A DNA stretch of 64,000 nucleotides from an uncultured Alphaproteobacteria bacterium (GCA_902593125.1 CACJGU010000002.1:73274-137273); one strand, 5' to 3'. Positions 9,668-19,332 are shown, numbered from the stretch's first letter. Numbers and translations: made by a program. The notes: generated by a model not told the origin, from the letters alone.

Positions 9668-10255
9668 ATGCGAAAAGGATTTGTAGAAAGAAACACAAAA
9701 GAAACTAAAATTTTGTGTAAAATTAATTTAGATGGAACAGGAAAATCAAATATCTCAACAGGCATTGGTTTTTTTGATCACATGCTAGAATTATTCGTAC
9801 ACCACAGTTTAATAGATATGGAGCTAAAAACAGAGGGGGATACGAATGTTGATTTGCACCACAGTGTTGAAGATACAGCATATGCAATTGCACTCGCAAC
9901 TCTTAAAGCGCTTGATGATAAAAAAGGAATTAAAAGATATGGTTTTTTTTATGTACCAATGGATGAATGTCTTTCTCGTTGCGTAATCGATTTTTCTGGA
10001 AGACCAGAATTGGTTTGGAAAGTTAATCTTGGTTTAGAAAAAATAGGTGAAATGGATACCGAGCTATTTTTAGAATTTTTTAAAGCATTTACTAATGAGG
10101 CTAAATGCAATCTTCATATTGAAAACATTTATGGACAAAACAACCACCACATAATTGAGTCTTGCTTTAAGTCTTTTGCAAAAAGTTACAGAATAGCCAT
10201 AGAAATAGATGAAAGACGAAATAATGAAATTCCCTCTTCTAAAGGCACGCTGTAA
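9668..10255 (+). CDS. hisB: Imidazoleglycerol-phosphate dehydratase
   Basis: 'RNTKETKI...LDGTG...STGIGFFDHMLE' and 'HHIIESCFKSFA' are present. Confidence 0.95.
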   Translation: MRKGFVERNTKETKILCKINLDGTGKSNISTGIGFFDHMLELFVHHSLIDMELKTEGDTNVDLHHSVEDTAYAIALATLKALDDKKGIKRYGFFYVPMDECLSRCVIDFSGRPELVWKVNLGLEKIGEMDTELFLEFFKAFTNEAKCNLHIENIYGQNNHHIIESCFKSFAKSYRIAIEIDERRNNEIPSSKGTL

Positions 10256-10260
10256 TTTCA

Positions 10261-10881
10261 ATGAAAAAAATTACTATAGTTGATTATGGATCAGGTAATG
10301 TTTTATCAGCACAAAAATCATTTATTAAAATAACAAAAGATAATAATATTAAAGCTAATGTATTAATATCTAAAAATTTAGATGATATTAAAAATTCTAC
10401 ACATTTAGTTTTACCAGGACAAGGCGCCTTTTCTACTTGTATGTCCGGAATTAAAAATACACCTGGTTTAGCAGATGAGCTTTATGAATTTGCCATTATA
10501 AAAAAAAGACCTTTTTTAGGAATTTGTGTCGGCATGCAAATGCTTGCCAATGAAAGCGAAGAAAAGGGGCAGCATAAAGGACTTGGATGGATTGAAGGAA
10601 GGATAAAATCAATTCCTAATAAAAACCTTAAATTACCCCACATGGGTTGGAATACAGTAAAACCAATAAAAAATGATAACCTTATTGAGACTTCAGATGA
10701 TTATTATTTTGTTCATTCCTACTATTTTGAATGTCGTAATAAAGAAAATATTTTGGCAGAAACCCAGTACGGAATAAATTTTACTTCAATTATTGGCAAA
10801 GAAAATATATACGGCGTTCAGTTTCATCCTGAAAAAAGTTCCTCCCAGGGATTAAACTTACTAAAAAACTTTATAAATTAG
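10261..10881 (+). CDS. hisH: Imidazole glycerol phosphate synthase, glutaminase subunit
   Basis: 'IVDYGSGNVLS', the catalytic 'GICVGMQML' and 'GVQFHPEKS' are present. Confidence 0.95.
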   Translation: MKKITIVDYGSGNVLSAQKSFIKITKDNNIKANVLISKNLDDIKNSTHLVLPGQGAFSTCMSGIKNTPGLADELYEFAIIKKRPFLGICVGMQMLANESEEKGQHKGLGWIEGRIKSIPNKNLKLPHMGWNTVKPIKNDNLIETSDDYYFVHSYYFECRNKENILAETQYGINFTSIIGKENIYGVQFHPEKSSSQGLNLLKNFIN

Positions 10882-10882
10882 A

Positions 10883-11419
10883 ATGTCTGTACAATTAAAA
10901 GAAAAAATAAATATCTCAGTTGAAACTTTAGACAATTTATCCGAAGTTGATCTTGCAGATCTCTGTAACATTACAGAACAAGCAATTGATGCAGGAGGTG
11001 GTTTTGGTTGGATACGTGTTCCAACTAGAGAAATACTAAATCAGTACTGGATTAAAATAACTAAGGATAACTTAAATAATCTTATTGTAGGAAGGTTAAA
11101 TGGAGTTATAGCTGGCACGCTACAATTATCTTATGAGGCTCCAAATATTGAATCTAGAAAAAATATTGCTCAAATTAAAAGACACTTTGTTACTCCATGG
11201 GCAAGAGGATATGGTTTGGCAAAAAGTATGATTGATTTCTCAGAAAAAAAAGCAAAAGAAGAGAATATTAAATCAATTCAGATGTCTGTACGAGAAACCC
11301 AGGAAGCCGCAATTCAGTTATTTTCAGGAAAAAACTTCAAAGTATGGGGTGAAAATCCCTACTATGCATTTATTAATGGGAGCTTTATTAAAGGGATATA
11401 CTTCTATAAAAATCTGTAG
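10883..11419 (+). CDS. GNAT family N-acetyltransferase
   Basis: The acetyl-CoA motif A reads 'HFVTPWARGYGLAKSMI'. The protein is 178 aa and is wedged between hisH and hisA with 1-nt spacing and a 1-nt overlap. Confidence 0.75.
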   Translation: MSVQLKEKINISVETLDNLSEVDLADLCNITEQAIDAGGGFGWIRVPTREILNQYWIKITKDNLNNLIVGRLNGVIAGTLQLSYEAPNIESRKNIAQIKRHFVTPWARGYGLAKSMIDFSEKKAKEENIKSIQMSVRETQEAAIQLFSGKNFKVWGENPYYAFINGSFIKGIYFYKNL

Positions 11420-12168
11420 TGAATATTATTCCTGCAATAGATTTAAAAAACAATAAGTGCGTCAGGCTCTCAAAAGGAAAAGACAACTCAAGCATTATTT
11501 TTAATGATGATCCAGCAAAACAAGCAATTTTTTTTGAAAAGATTGGATGTAAAAAAATTCATATAGTTGATTTGGATGCAGCTTTTTCTCGGCCCGATAT
11601 AAATATTTCTTCAATAAAAAAAATTAGAAACTCTGTTTCAATTCCAATCCAACTAGGTGGAGGTATTAGATCAGAAGTTCTCGCTGATAAATATTTTGAT
11701 CTAGGTATAAACAATTTAATTATAGGATCCATGGCAGTAGAAAAACCACATATCGTAAAATCACTTTCTCTAAAATATAAAAACATGATTTATATATCAC
11801 TTGATATCAGTAAAAATAATGTAATGGTAAAAGGATGGAAAGAAAAATCAAAGCTTAAAATTGATGATCTATTGAACTTATATAAAGGAAGCAAAATTAA
11901 GGGATATATAGTTACAGATATTGAAAATGATGGAATGTTAAATGGCCTCAACATTGATTTTATTTCTGAGTTTTCTAATAAAATTGAATTAATTCACAAA
12001 TTGTCTAAAAAATTTATTATTGCTGGCGGTCTCACTAATTATGATGATCTAATAAATTTAAAAAAACTATATTTGAAAAATGCAGAAGGTATTATCTCAG
12101 GAAAATCATTTTATTCTGGAAATATTGATTTAATAAAAGCACAAAATATTTTGGATTCAAATGAATAA
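11419..12168 (+). CDS. hisA: ProFAR isomerase
   Basis: 'IIPAIDLKNNKCVRL', 'QLGGGIRS' and 'IIAGGL' are present. It has a GTG start. Confidence 0.93.
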   Translation: MNIIPAIDLKNNKCVRLSKGKDNSSIIFNDDPAKQAIFFEKIGCKKIHIVDLDAAFSRPDINISSIKKIRNSVSIPIQLGGGIRSEVLADKYFDLGINNLIIGSMAVEKPHIVKSLSLKYKNMIYISLDISKNNVMVKGWKEKSKLKIDDLLNLYKGSKIKGYIVTDIENDGMLNGLNIDFISEFSNKIELIHKLSKKFIIAGGLTNYDDLINLKKLYLKNAEGIISGKSFYSGNIDLIKAQNILDSNE

Positions 12169-12916
12169 AGTTAGAATAATACCATGTTTAGATGTGAAAG
12201 ATGGAAGGGTTGTTAAAGGAATAAACTTTATAGACTTAATTGATGCTGGAGACCCAGTGGAGCAAGCTAAGCACTATTCTGAGAATGGAGCTGATGAAAT
12301 TTGTTTTTTAGATATAAGCGCATCTTTAGAAAATAGAGATACAATGATAAATGTAGTAGAAAAAACAGCAAATGAGGTTTTCATACCACTTACTGTTGGG
12401 GGAGGTATTTCTTCAATAGAAAATATTCAATCTTTATTAAGGGCTGGTGCAGACAAAATCTCAATAAACTCTGCGGCAATAATTGAGCCTGAAATAATTA
12501 AAAAATCATCAGAATATTTTGGTAATCAGTGCATTGTTGTGGCAGTTGATGCAAAAAAAATTCAAAATGACTGGTATGTTTTTTCACATGGGGGAACCAA
12601 AAATACTGGAATATATGCACTAGAGTGGATTGAAAAAGTACAAAAATTTGGTGCCGGAGAAATTTTACTTACTTCTATGGACAAAGATGGAACTAAATCT
12701 GGTTTCGATACGGATCTATTGTGTAAAGTTTCGCAACTTTTACAAATACCTTTAATAGCGAGCGGTGGTGTTGGTGAGTTAAGCCACTTTTACGATGGTA
12801 TAAGCTTGGGTAATGCAAATGCATTATTGGCTGCATCAGTCTTCCATTTTAATGAAATCAGTATTAAAGAAGTTAAGAAATATTTATTAAGTAAAAATGT
12901 AAATGTAAGAATATAA
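12161..12916 (+). CDS. hisF: Imidazole glycerol phosphate synthase, cyclase subunit
   Basis: 'RIIPCLDVKDGRVVKG', 'PLTVGGGI' and 'IASGGVG' are present. Confidence 0.96.
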   Translation: MNKVRIIPCLDVKDGRVVKGINFIDLIDAGDPVEQAKHYSENGADEICFLDISASLENRDTMINVVEKTANEVFIPLTVGGGISSIENIQSLLRAGADKISINSAAIIEPEIIKKSSEYFGNQCIVVAVDAKKIQNDWYVFSHGGTKNTGIYALEWIEKVQKFGAGEILLTSMDKDGTKSGFDTDLLCKVSQLLQIPLIASGGVGELSHFYDGISLGNANALLAASVFHFNEISIKEVKKYLLSKNVNVRI

Positions 12917-12920
12917 AGTT

Positions 12921-13205
12921 ATGAATATTGAAGAGTTATTTAAAATAATTGAAGAAAGAATTAAGCATAAGAAAAAAAAATCATATACAAACAAACTTTT
13001 ACAACTTGGTCCAAATAAAATTGCTCAAAAATTTGGTGAAGAGTCTGCAGAATTAATAATTGATTATTTAAAAGGGTCAAAAAAAAGAACTATAGAGGAG
13101 GCTGCAGATGTAATATATCACCTAATAGTCTTACTAAAATCTAAAAAAATAACATTAAATGAAATTAATAAAGAACTTGAAAAGAGAAAAACTAATGTAC
13201 GATAA
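12921..13205 (+). CDS. hisE: Phosphoribosyl-ATP pyrophosphatase
   Basis: The protein is 94 aa with 'KIAQKFGEESAELII' and 'EEAADVIYHLIVLL'. Confidence 0.9.
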   Translation: MNIEELFKIIEERIKHKKKKSYTNKLLQLGPNKIAQKFGEESAELIIDYLKGSKKRTIEEAADVIYHLIVLLKSKKITLNEINKELEKRKTNVR

Positions 13206-13545
13206 AAATAATATTTTTGCAAAAATTTTAAGAAAAGAAATTCCTTGTGATAAAATTTATGAAGATGAAAACTTTTTATTTTTTAAAGACATAGATCCAA
13301 AAGCAAAGATCCATGTTCTTGGTATACCAAAAGTAGAATGTGCTGATTTTTCAGATTTTGTATCTAAATACGACAACAACCTTGTCTCTCAATTTTTTAA
13401 AAAAACTGAATATGTGATTAATTTACTCGGTTTAAATAATGGTGGATATAAAATTATATCAAATTCAGGTCTAAACGGAGGTCAGGAAGTTCCACATTTT
13501 CATATTCATATACTTGGTGGAGAAAAATTAAACTTTAAATTGTAA
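13195..13545 (+). CDS. HIT family (histidine triad) protein
   Basis: 'IFAKILRKEIPCDKIYEDENFLFFKDI' and the triad 'HFHIHILGG' are present. The ATG at 13195 is preferred over track start 13159 and overlaps hisE by 11 nt. Confidence 0.88.
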   Translation: MYDKNNIFAKILRKEIPCDKIYEDENFLFFKDIDPKAKIHVLGIPKVECADFSDFVSKYDNNLVSQFFKKTEYVINLLGLNNGGYKIISNSGLNGGQEVPHFHIHILGGEKLNFKL

Positions 13546-14148
13546 TTATTTTTTTACAATTACATAATTCACAATTTCTTTAACCCCTTTAATTGTTTTT
13601 AAAGATTGTATTAAACTTTCAAGTTGTTCAGGTTTATTTGTGATGCCAGCAACATAAACTTTTCCATTTATCGTTTCAAAATTATAACCAACAACTCTTA
13701 ACCCAACTATTTTTGCAGAAACTGCTCTGGCCTGAGTATTTATCCATAAATCAGTAGCATAATCTTTTAAAGTATCTCTATTTCCTATTTCTAATTCATT
13801 TATAACTTCATTAACACCATTAATCTCCCAAACCAATCTAACTGCCTCAATTCGTGTTTCTTGATCCTTTACTAATCCTGTAAGCAAAACTCTTCCTTCT
13901 AGAACAGTAGTGTTTATTTCAACAAACATATTAGATCCGGCATTTAAAAATTTTGCTGCAATATTTACTTTTATAGTAGCATCATCTACAACGGTACCAA
14001 AAGTCCGATCTCCTTCTGCAACAACCATCGCCGTGCTTCCCCCAGTTGCTAAAACATTTGCTGGAGAGCAACCGACATTTAGTAATGATAAAAATAATAT
14101 CGAAACAACAGTTGAAAAAGCTATTATTTTTTTAATTCCAAAATCCAT
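13546..14148 (-). CDS. BON domain (OsmY-like) periplasmic lipoprotein
   Basis: It has a signal peptide ending 'LLNVGC' and two BON-like repeats ('RVLLTGLV...', 'KVYVAGIT...VKEIVNYV'). Confidence 0.7.
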   Translation of the reverse strand: MDFGIKKIIAFSTVVSILFLSLLNVGCSPANVLATGGSTAMVVAEGDRTFGTVVDDATIKVNIAAKFLNAGSNMFVEINTTVLEGRVLLTGLVKDQETRIEAVRLVWEINGVNEVINELEIGNRDTLKDYATDLWINTQARAVSAKIVGLRVVGYNFETINGKVYVAGITNKPEQLESLIQSLKTIKGVKEIVNYVIVKK

Positions 14149-14969
14149 TTGTATAATTTGTTTTTATTTTTTCCAGATAATTTATGTACTATTTCTACGA
14201 CGTCGGTCAAAGAAAATTTTGAAAGTAGCATATTTATTTCCTTAGAAAACTCATTTAGATCACTTAGGTTATTATTTTTTTTTATGTTTTTTCCTAATAC
14301 AATTACGAACTCACCTTTTAAGTTTGCTTTTTTATTTAATATTTCATTAAGTACTTTTTTTACGTCACCTCTAAAGATCTTCTCATTAAGTTTAGTTAAT
14401 TCTTTAGATATGCTTATTTGCCTATTTGGCATAACCTCGTTTAATATTTCTAGAAGTTTAATTAAATTATGATTGGAAACAAAAAAAACTGAGGTTTGTT
14501 CTGCATTCTCTATTTTTTTAAATAAATCCCTAATTTGTTTTTCTTTTTTGGGAACAAATCCATAAAAACAAAATTCATGAGCTGGAAGACCTGATAGTTG
14601 AATTGCTGGTATCATTGAACTTGGCCCTGGAACAGATGTTATATTAATCTTATTTTTTATACAAAACTGTACTAATTTGTACCCAGGATCAGAAATTAAA
14701 GGAGATCCAGCATCAGAAATTAATGCCACAGCTTTATTTTTTAATTTAGCACTAATCTTTTCAATTAAAATTTTCTCATTATAATCATGTAATCCAATTA
14801 ATTTCTTTTTAATGCCTAAATTGTTTAGTAATTTAAGACTATGTTTTGGATTTTCGCAAATAATCATATCTGCACCATCTATAGTTTTAATTGCTCTTTC
14901 AGATATGTCTTTTAAATTACCAATAGGCGTTGCAACTATGTATAGGCCACTAATATTTTCATTTAACAT
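14124..14969 (-). CDS. rsmI: 16S rRNA (cytidine1402-2'-O)-methyltransferase
   Basis: 'GLYIVATPIGNLKDISERAIKTI..ADMIICE' is a tetrapyrrole-methylase-fold N-terminus. The 66-aa hydrophobic N-terminal extension in the track ORF (to 15167) is antisense to the neighbouring gene and is discarded. Confidence 0.88.
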   Translation of the reverse strand: MLNENISGLYIVATPIGNLKDISERAIKTIDGADMIICENPKHSLKLLNNLGIKKKLIGLHDYNEKILIEKISAKLKNKAVALISDAGSPLISDPGYKLVQFCIKNKINITSVPGPSSMIPAIQLSGLPAHEFCFYGFVPKKEKQIRDLFKKIENAEQTSVFFVSNHNLIKLLEILNEVMPNRQISISKELTKLNEKIFRGDVKKVLNEILNKKANLKGEFVIVLGKNIKKNNNLSDLNEFSKEINMLLSKFSLTDVVEIVHKLSGKNKNKLYKWILELKK

Positions 14970-16236
14970 CTTTTTTCTTTTTATATTTATAAATTGTTGT
15001 TCTCCAGTAAATTTAAACAAACAAGCTGATAAAAATAAAGATGTTAATAGTATTTCAACAAAAATATTAAAAAAACCTGAAAAAAAATTAGAAACAAACA
15101 ATAAAAAAAATGTATCTGAAAAAACTACTATGATTGATAAAGAGGTTAAATTAAACAATAATATCACTGTATTATTCTCAAGTAGGAATGACGTAAAAAT
15201 AATTGACCAGTTTGTTAATGTGCTTGAGATGGGTATATATGATAAAAATTTTGAAGATGTAACTTTACAACTAGAATATTTCGATAATTATGATGAGTTG
15301 AGTCAAATCATAAATGATACAAATAAAAAAGGAAATATTTTTATCGGACCAATCGATAGTGAAAATACAGAAATAGCAAAAACAAACTGCAATAACAAAA
15401 GAATATTTTTTTCATTCTCCTCAAATGTCCAGTTAGCAGGTGATTGTATATATTTAATTAATTTTTTTCCAAAAAACGAATTAGAAGAAATATTTGGTTC
15501 ATTGGATGAAGACTCTAAAGTTGCCCTTCTTTATCCTGAAAATAATTATGGATATCTAATTAATGGAATTATAGATGAAGTTGTAAATAAAAGTAAAGCG
15601 GTTCTGGTTAGTAGATCATCCTATAAGAATGACCTTTCAAATGTTAGAACAGCTATAAAAGAATTGGGCAAATATGAATTGCGTAAATATGAGTTAAACA
15701 GACAGAAAACAATTCTTAAATCAAAAAATGATAATCTTTCAAAACAAAGATTAAAAAAACTAGAGAGGTTTAAAACTACTACAGACTATGATTTCACACA
15801 TGTCTTAATTGCAGACTATGGTATCAATTTGTTACAGGTAGCTCCTCTTCTTCCTTATTATGATATTGACCCTAACATAGTTCAGTTTATTGGAACCGGC
15901 GTAATAGACGATGAGAACTTTTTTTTTGAACCTTCATTGCAGTCAGCTGTATTTCCAGGAGTTGAAAAAAATAAAAGAATAAAATTAATAAACAATTATT
16001 TTGATATTTATGAAGAAAATTTGAATAGAACATCAACACTTCCCTACGACTTAATTGGTTTGTTAAATTTTATTTACTCTAGAAATATGAACTTATATGA
16101 AGTTAAAAAATTACTTGATAGTCCAAATGTAAGGTTTGAGGGTATTGATGGTAATTTTTATTTTAAAAATCAAATTATTGAAAGAGACTTAAATATGCTC
16201 AGAATATCAAATGGTGTTGCTAACAAAATTAATTAG
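14938..16236 (+). CDS. LpoA/LppC-like penicillin-binding-protein activator (type-1 periplasmic binding fold lipoprotein)
   Basis: It has a signal/lipobox-like 'FLFIFINCCS' and a LivK-like body. Its divergent position next to rsmI is conserved in proteobacteria. The ATG at 14938 is preferred over the track start 14812. Confidence 0.6.
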   Translation: MYRPLIFSFNIFFLFIFINCCSPVNLNKQADKNKDVNSISTKILKKPEKKLETNNKKNVSEKTTMIDKEVKLNNNITVLFSSRNDVKIIDQFVNVLEMGIYDKNFEDVTLQLEYFDNYDELSQIINDTNKKGNIFIGPIDSENTEIAKTNCNNKRIFFSFSSNVQLAGDCIYLINFFPKNELEEIFGSLDEDSKVALLYPENNYGYLINGIIDEVVNKSKAVLVSRSSYKNDLSNVRTAIKELGKYELRKYELNRQKTILKSKNDNLSKQRLKKLERFKTTTDYDFTHVLIADYGINLLQVAPLLPYYDIDPNIVQFIGTGVIDDENFFFEPSLQSAVFPGVEKNKRIKLINNYFDIYEENLNRTSTLPYDLIGLLNFIYSRNMNLYEVKKLLDSPNVRFEGIDGNFYFKNQIIERDLNMLRISNGVANKIN

Positions 16237-16810
16237 TCAAAAAATTTACTAACTTTTTCATAGCTATAGACCTATGGCTAATTAAATTTTTTGTTTCAAT
16301 ATCCATTTCAGCAAATGTTTTTGAATATCCATTTGGAATAAAAATTGGATCATAGCCAAAACCATTTTTCCCACATACTTTATTTGAAATTTTACCCCTT
16401 ACAATACCTTCAAAACAAACAGTTATACCCAATCTTATTGTTAAAGAAATAGATGTTTTAAAAAAAGCAACCTGCTCACCACTTTTCTCTACTTGATTAA
16501 TAATTTTATTAAAACAATCTTTATTACTTTTAAATTTATTTAAATATCTTTTTGATAAAATACCAGGCTTATAATTAAGAGCCTTTATACAGATTCCTGA
16601 ATCATCTGCAAAACAAGGAATATTTGTTTTTATAAATCCAAAGTCTGATTTTATTTTTGCATTCTCTGCAAAACTTTTACCACTTTCTATTGGTTCTCTA
16701 AAATTTTTAAAGTTATTCAGCGTATATATTTTAAGATTTGTATTTTTTAAGAGCCTTTTTATTTCACTATATTTATTTTTATTACCAGTAAAAAAAAATA
16801 TATTTTTCAA
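16229..16810 (-). CDS. rdgB: dITP/XTP pyrophosphatase (RdgB/HAM1)
   Basis: 'FFTGNKNKYSEI', 'FADDSGICI' and 'GFGYDPIFIP' are present. Confidence 0.93.
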   Translation of the reverse strand: MKNIFFFTGNKNKYSEIKRLLKNTNLKIYTLNNFKNFREPIESGKSFAENAKIKSDFGFIKTNIPCFADDSGICIKALNYKPGILSKRYLNKFKSNKDCFNKIINQVEKSGEQVAFFKTSISLTIRLGITVCFEGIVRGKISNKVCGKNGFGYDPIFIPNGYSKTFAEMDIETKNLISHRSIAMKKLVNFLTN

Positions 16811-16811
16811 T

Positions 16812-17522
16812 TTATTCTAAAATTTTTTTTTGATGATCAATAATTTCTTTAATACCTTTTTGAGCTAGACCAAATAAATCATTATACTGATTATCACTAA
16901 AAAAGTATTCTTCACCAGTTACTTGTATTTCAGAAATTTCTCCACTGTTGCAAATAACAAAATTAGCATCAACTTCAGCCATTGAGTCTTCATTATAATC
17001 TAAATCTAAAAGAGGCTTGTTATCAATAATTCCAGCTGAAACGGCACCAATAAAATTTTTAATTATAGGCTTTTGAATATTGTAATTTTTTTTAATCTTT
17101 TCTATGGCAAGAAATAGAGCAACAAAACCACCACTTATTGAGGCTGTTCTTGTTCCACCATCTGCTTGAATTACATCACAATCTATTTTTATCTGACGCT
17201 CTCCAAGATTTGCAAGATCAATAATAGATCTTAAACTCCGACCTATTAATCTTTGTATTTCTTGTGTTCTACCTGATTGTTTCCCTTTTGCTGCCTCTCT
17301 ATCCATCCTAGTATTTGTTGATCTTGGAAGCATGCCGTATTCTGCAGTCACCCAGCCTTTCCCAGTATTTTTTAACCAGTGTGGAACTTTCTCGTCAATT
17401 GTTGCAAGACAAAGAACATGCGTATTTCCAAATTTTACCAAGCATGAACCATCTGCATGAATATTTACGTTTTTCTCAAATGAAATTTTACGCATTTGAT
17501 TGAAGGATCTATCTTTTCTCAT
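16812..17522 (-). CDS. rph: Ribonuclease PH
   Basis: 'GSCLVKFGNTHVLC', 'GRTQEIQRLIGRSLR' and 'DCDVIQADGGTRTASI' are present. Confidence 0.97.
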   Translation of the reverse strand: MRKDRSFNQMRKISFEKNVNIHADGSCLVKFGNTHVLCLATIDEKVPHWLKNTGKGWVTAEYGMLPRSTNTRMDREAAKGKQSGRTQEIQRLIGRSLRSIIDLANLGERQIKIDCDVIQADGGTRTASISGGFVALFLAIEKIKKNYNIQKPIIKNFIGAVSAGIIDNKPLLDLDYNEDSMAEVDANFVICNSGEISEIQVTGEEYFFSDNQYNDLFGLAQKGIKEIIDHQKKILE

Positions 17523-17569
17523 ATAAATTTAATAATAGTAGATAAATAATATTTTTAAATAAAATTTTT

Positions 17570-18616
17570 ATGTCTGATAATGTATATGCACAAATTAATG
17601 ATAGATCAAAATTAATTTTTAAAAAATTAGTAGAGTCATATCTTAAAACTGGGTCTCCAGCAGGATCAGAAACAATTATGAAGATGGGAGGGTTAAATCT
17701 TTCATCAGCATCAATTAGATCCATTTTGTCAAATTTACAAAAGGAAGGGCTTTTATATGCCCCACACAGATCAGCTGGAAGAATGCCTACTGAGAAGGGT
17801 ATGAGATTTTTTGTCGATGGACTTTTAGAGTTTGGAAGAATTTCAAAAATAGATAAAGAAAATATTAAACAACAATGTTTAACAAAAGGCAAATCTTATG
17901 AAGAGGTGCTTGATGTTGCTTCTAAAGCTATTTCAGGATTATCAAGTTATGCAGGAATAGTTATCGCGCCTAAATTTCAAAAAAACTTAAAACACGTTGA
18001 ATTCATAAGGCTTAATAATAGTCAATTAATGCTTATTCTTGCTTATGAGAACGGGGAAGTAGAAAATCGTATTATTGAAGATAATGGAAAATATAATAGT
18101 TCATTATTGATACAGGCTTCTAATTATCTTACATCAAAATTTACCAATAAAAATATTTCACAAATTAAAAGAATAATTCAATCTGAAATAAAAAATTCAC
18201 AAAATGAATTAGAGTCAATTTCTTCAAAATTAATTCAACAAGGTATTATTGAAACTCAGCCTAATAGTAAAAATCCTTATATTTTTCTACATGGTCAATC
18301 AAATCTATTAAAAGATGAAATTGTTTCAAAAGACTTAGATCAAATTCGAAATCTTTTTGATGAAATTGAGAAAAAATCCAGTTTTGTAGACATATTAGAA
18401 ACTGCAGGAAAAGCAAAAGGGGTCCAAATTTTTATTGGATCTAAAAATTTTTTGTTTAAACACTCTGGTCTTTCTATGGTAATGGCCCCATATAAAAATA
18501 ATGATCAAGAAATTATAGGAGCAATAGGCGTAGTTGGTCCTACAAGATTAAACTACTCCAAAATCGTTCCTCTTGTTGATTATACGTCAAAAATTATTGG
18601 AAAGGTGATTGATTAA
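17570..18616 (+). CDS. hrcA: Heat-inducible transcription repressor HrcA
   Basis: It has a winged-helix N-terminus 'RSKLIFKKLVESYLKTGSPAGSETI' and 'GAIGVVGPTRLNYSKIVPLVDY' at the C-terminus. It lies upstream of grpE. Confidence 0.92.
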   Translation: MSDNVYAQINDRSKLIFKKLVESYLKTGSPAGSETIMKMGGLNLSSASIRSILSNLQKEGLLYAPHRSAGRMPTEKGMRFFVDGLLEFGRISKIDKENIKQQCLTKGKSYEEVLDVASKAISGLSSYAGIVIAPKFQKNLKHVEFIRLNNSQLMLILAYENGEVENRIIEDNGKYNSSLLIQASNYLTSKFTNKNISQIKRIIQSEIKNSQNELESISSKLIQQGIIETQPNSKNPYIFLHGQSNLLKDEIVSKDLDQIRNLFDEIEKKSSFVDILETAGKAKGVQIFIGSKNFLFKHSGLSMVMAPYKNNDQEIIGAIGVVGPTRLNYSKIVPLVDYTSKIIGKVID

Positions 18617-19287
18617 TGGTTGAGAAAAAAGAAGAAGATATCCAACAAGAAGAAATTAAAGAGCCTGATTCTGAAGGTCTCGAAAATGAAGAAGACAATA
18701 ATGATAGCGAAGAAAATACAGACACAGAAGAGACAACCGAAGATGAAAACACAGAAGAAGACAATTTAGAAAAGGAAATTGAAACACTAAAAGAAGAAAA
18801 AATTCGATTACTCGCTGAAATGGAAAATCTTAGAAAAAGATTTGAACGAGAAAAAGTTGAAACAATAAAGTTTGGTAGCATAAATTTGGCTAGAGACATA
18901 CTATCGCCAGGAGATAATCTAGAAAGAGCGCTAGATGTTTTACCAGAAGATGAAAATCATCCAGAAAGCATAAAAAATCTTATAGATGGTTTAAAAATGG
19001 TGCTTAAAGAATACAAAAGTACTCTAGAAAAACACGGAGTAAAAAAAATTGAAACTTTAAATCAAAAATTTGACCATAATTTTCATCAGGCAATGATGGA
19101 AGTTGAAAATAATGAAGTTGAAGAAGGAACAGTAGTTCAAGAAGTCCAATCTGGCTATACAATGCATGATCGATTGCTTAGAGCAGCAATGGTTGGAGTT
19201 TCCAAAAAACCAGTTGCTAAAAAAGAAGAACTTAAAGAAGAAAAAGAAGAAGATAATCCTGAAAATAAGAGTAAAGAAAAGTCATAA
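18616..19287 (+). CDS. grpE: Nucleotide exchange factor GrpE
   Basis: It has an acidic N-terminus, a coiled coil 'LLAEMENLRKRFEREK' and 'FDHNFHQAM...GYTMHDRLLRAAMVGV'. Confidence 0.95.
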   Translation: MVEKKEEDIQQEEIKEPDSEGLENEEDNNDSEENTDTEETTEDENTEEDNLEKEIETLKEEKIRLLAEMENLRKRFEREKVETIKFGSINLARDILSPGDNLERALDVLPEDENHPESIKNLIDGLKMVLKEYKSTLEKHGVKKIETLNQKFDHNFHQAMMEVENNEVEEGTVVQEVQSGYTMHDRLLRAAMVGVSKKPVAKKEELKEEKEEDNPENKSKEKS

Positions 19288-19332
19288 AAAGTCATAAATT
19301 GCCTGTTTTTTTGAATATAAATAGCGAACATC

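Noticed and set aside
13541-13564. The hairpin TGTAATT-N10-AATTACA at the HIT/BON convergent junction as a terminator.
   Set aside because: The stem is 7 bp of almost only A:T pairs with a 10-nt loop, which is too weak to call in an AT-rich genome.
14970-15167. A 66-aa hydrophobic N-terminal extension of the rsmI ORF in the track (start 15167).
   Set aside because: It is antisense to the signal-peptide region and start of the LpoA-like gene. The conserved RsmI N-terminus begins right after the internal ATG at 14969, and the extension has no family support.
17523-17569. A CIRCE operator expected near hrcA-grpE or dnaK.
   Set aside because: I read the spacers at 17523-17569 and 19288-19411 and found no TTAGCACTC-N9-GAGTGCTAA-like inverted repeat.
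17509-17892. A 127-aa minus-strand ORF overlapping the start of hrcA.
   Set aside because: It is entirely antisense to the well-supported hrcA. It has a low-complexity composition and no recognisable motif. Long antisense frames are expected opposite real genes in AT-rich DNA.
18594-18899. A 101-aa Ser/Phe-rich minus-strand ORF.
   Set aside because: It is the mirror image of the acidic GAA/GAT-rich N-terminus of grpE, so it is an antisense artefact of a codon repeat.
19275-19297. A tandem direct repeat AAGTCATAAA x2 spanning the grpE stop codon.
   Set aside because: It is a single short duplication in A-rich sequence. It does not change the reading frame and has no obvious structure or binding-site symmetry, so it is probably a slippage footprint without function.
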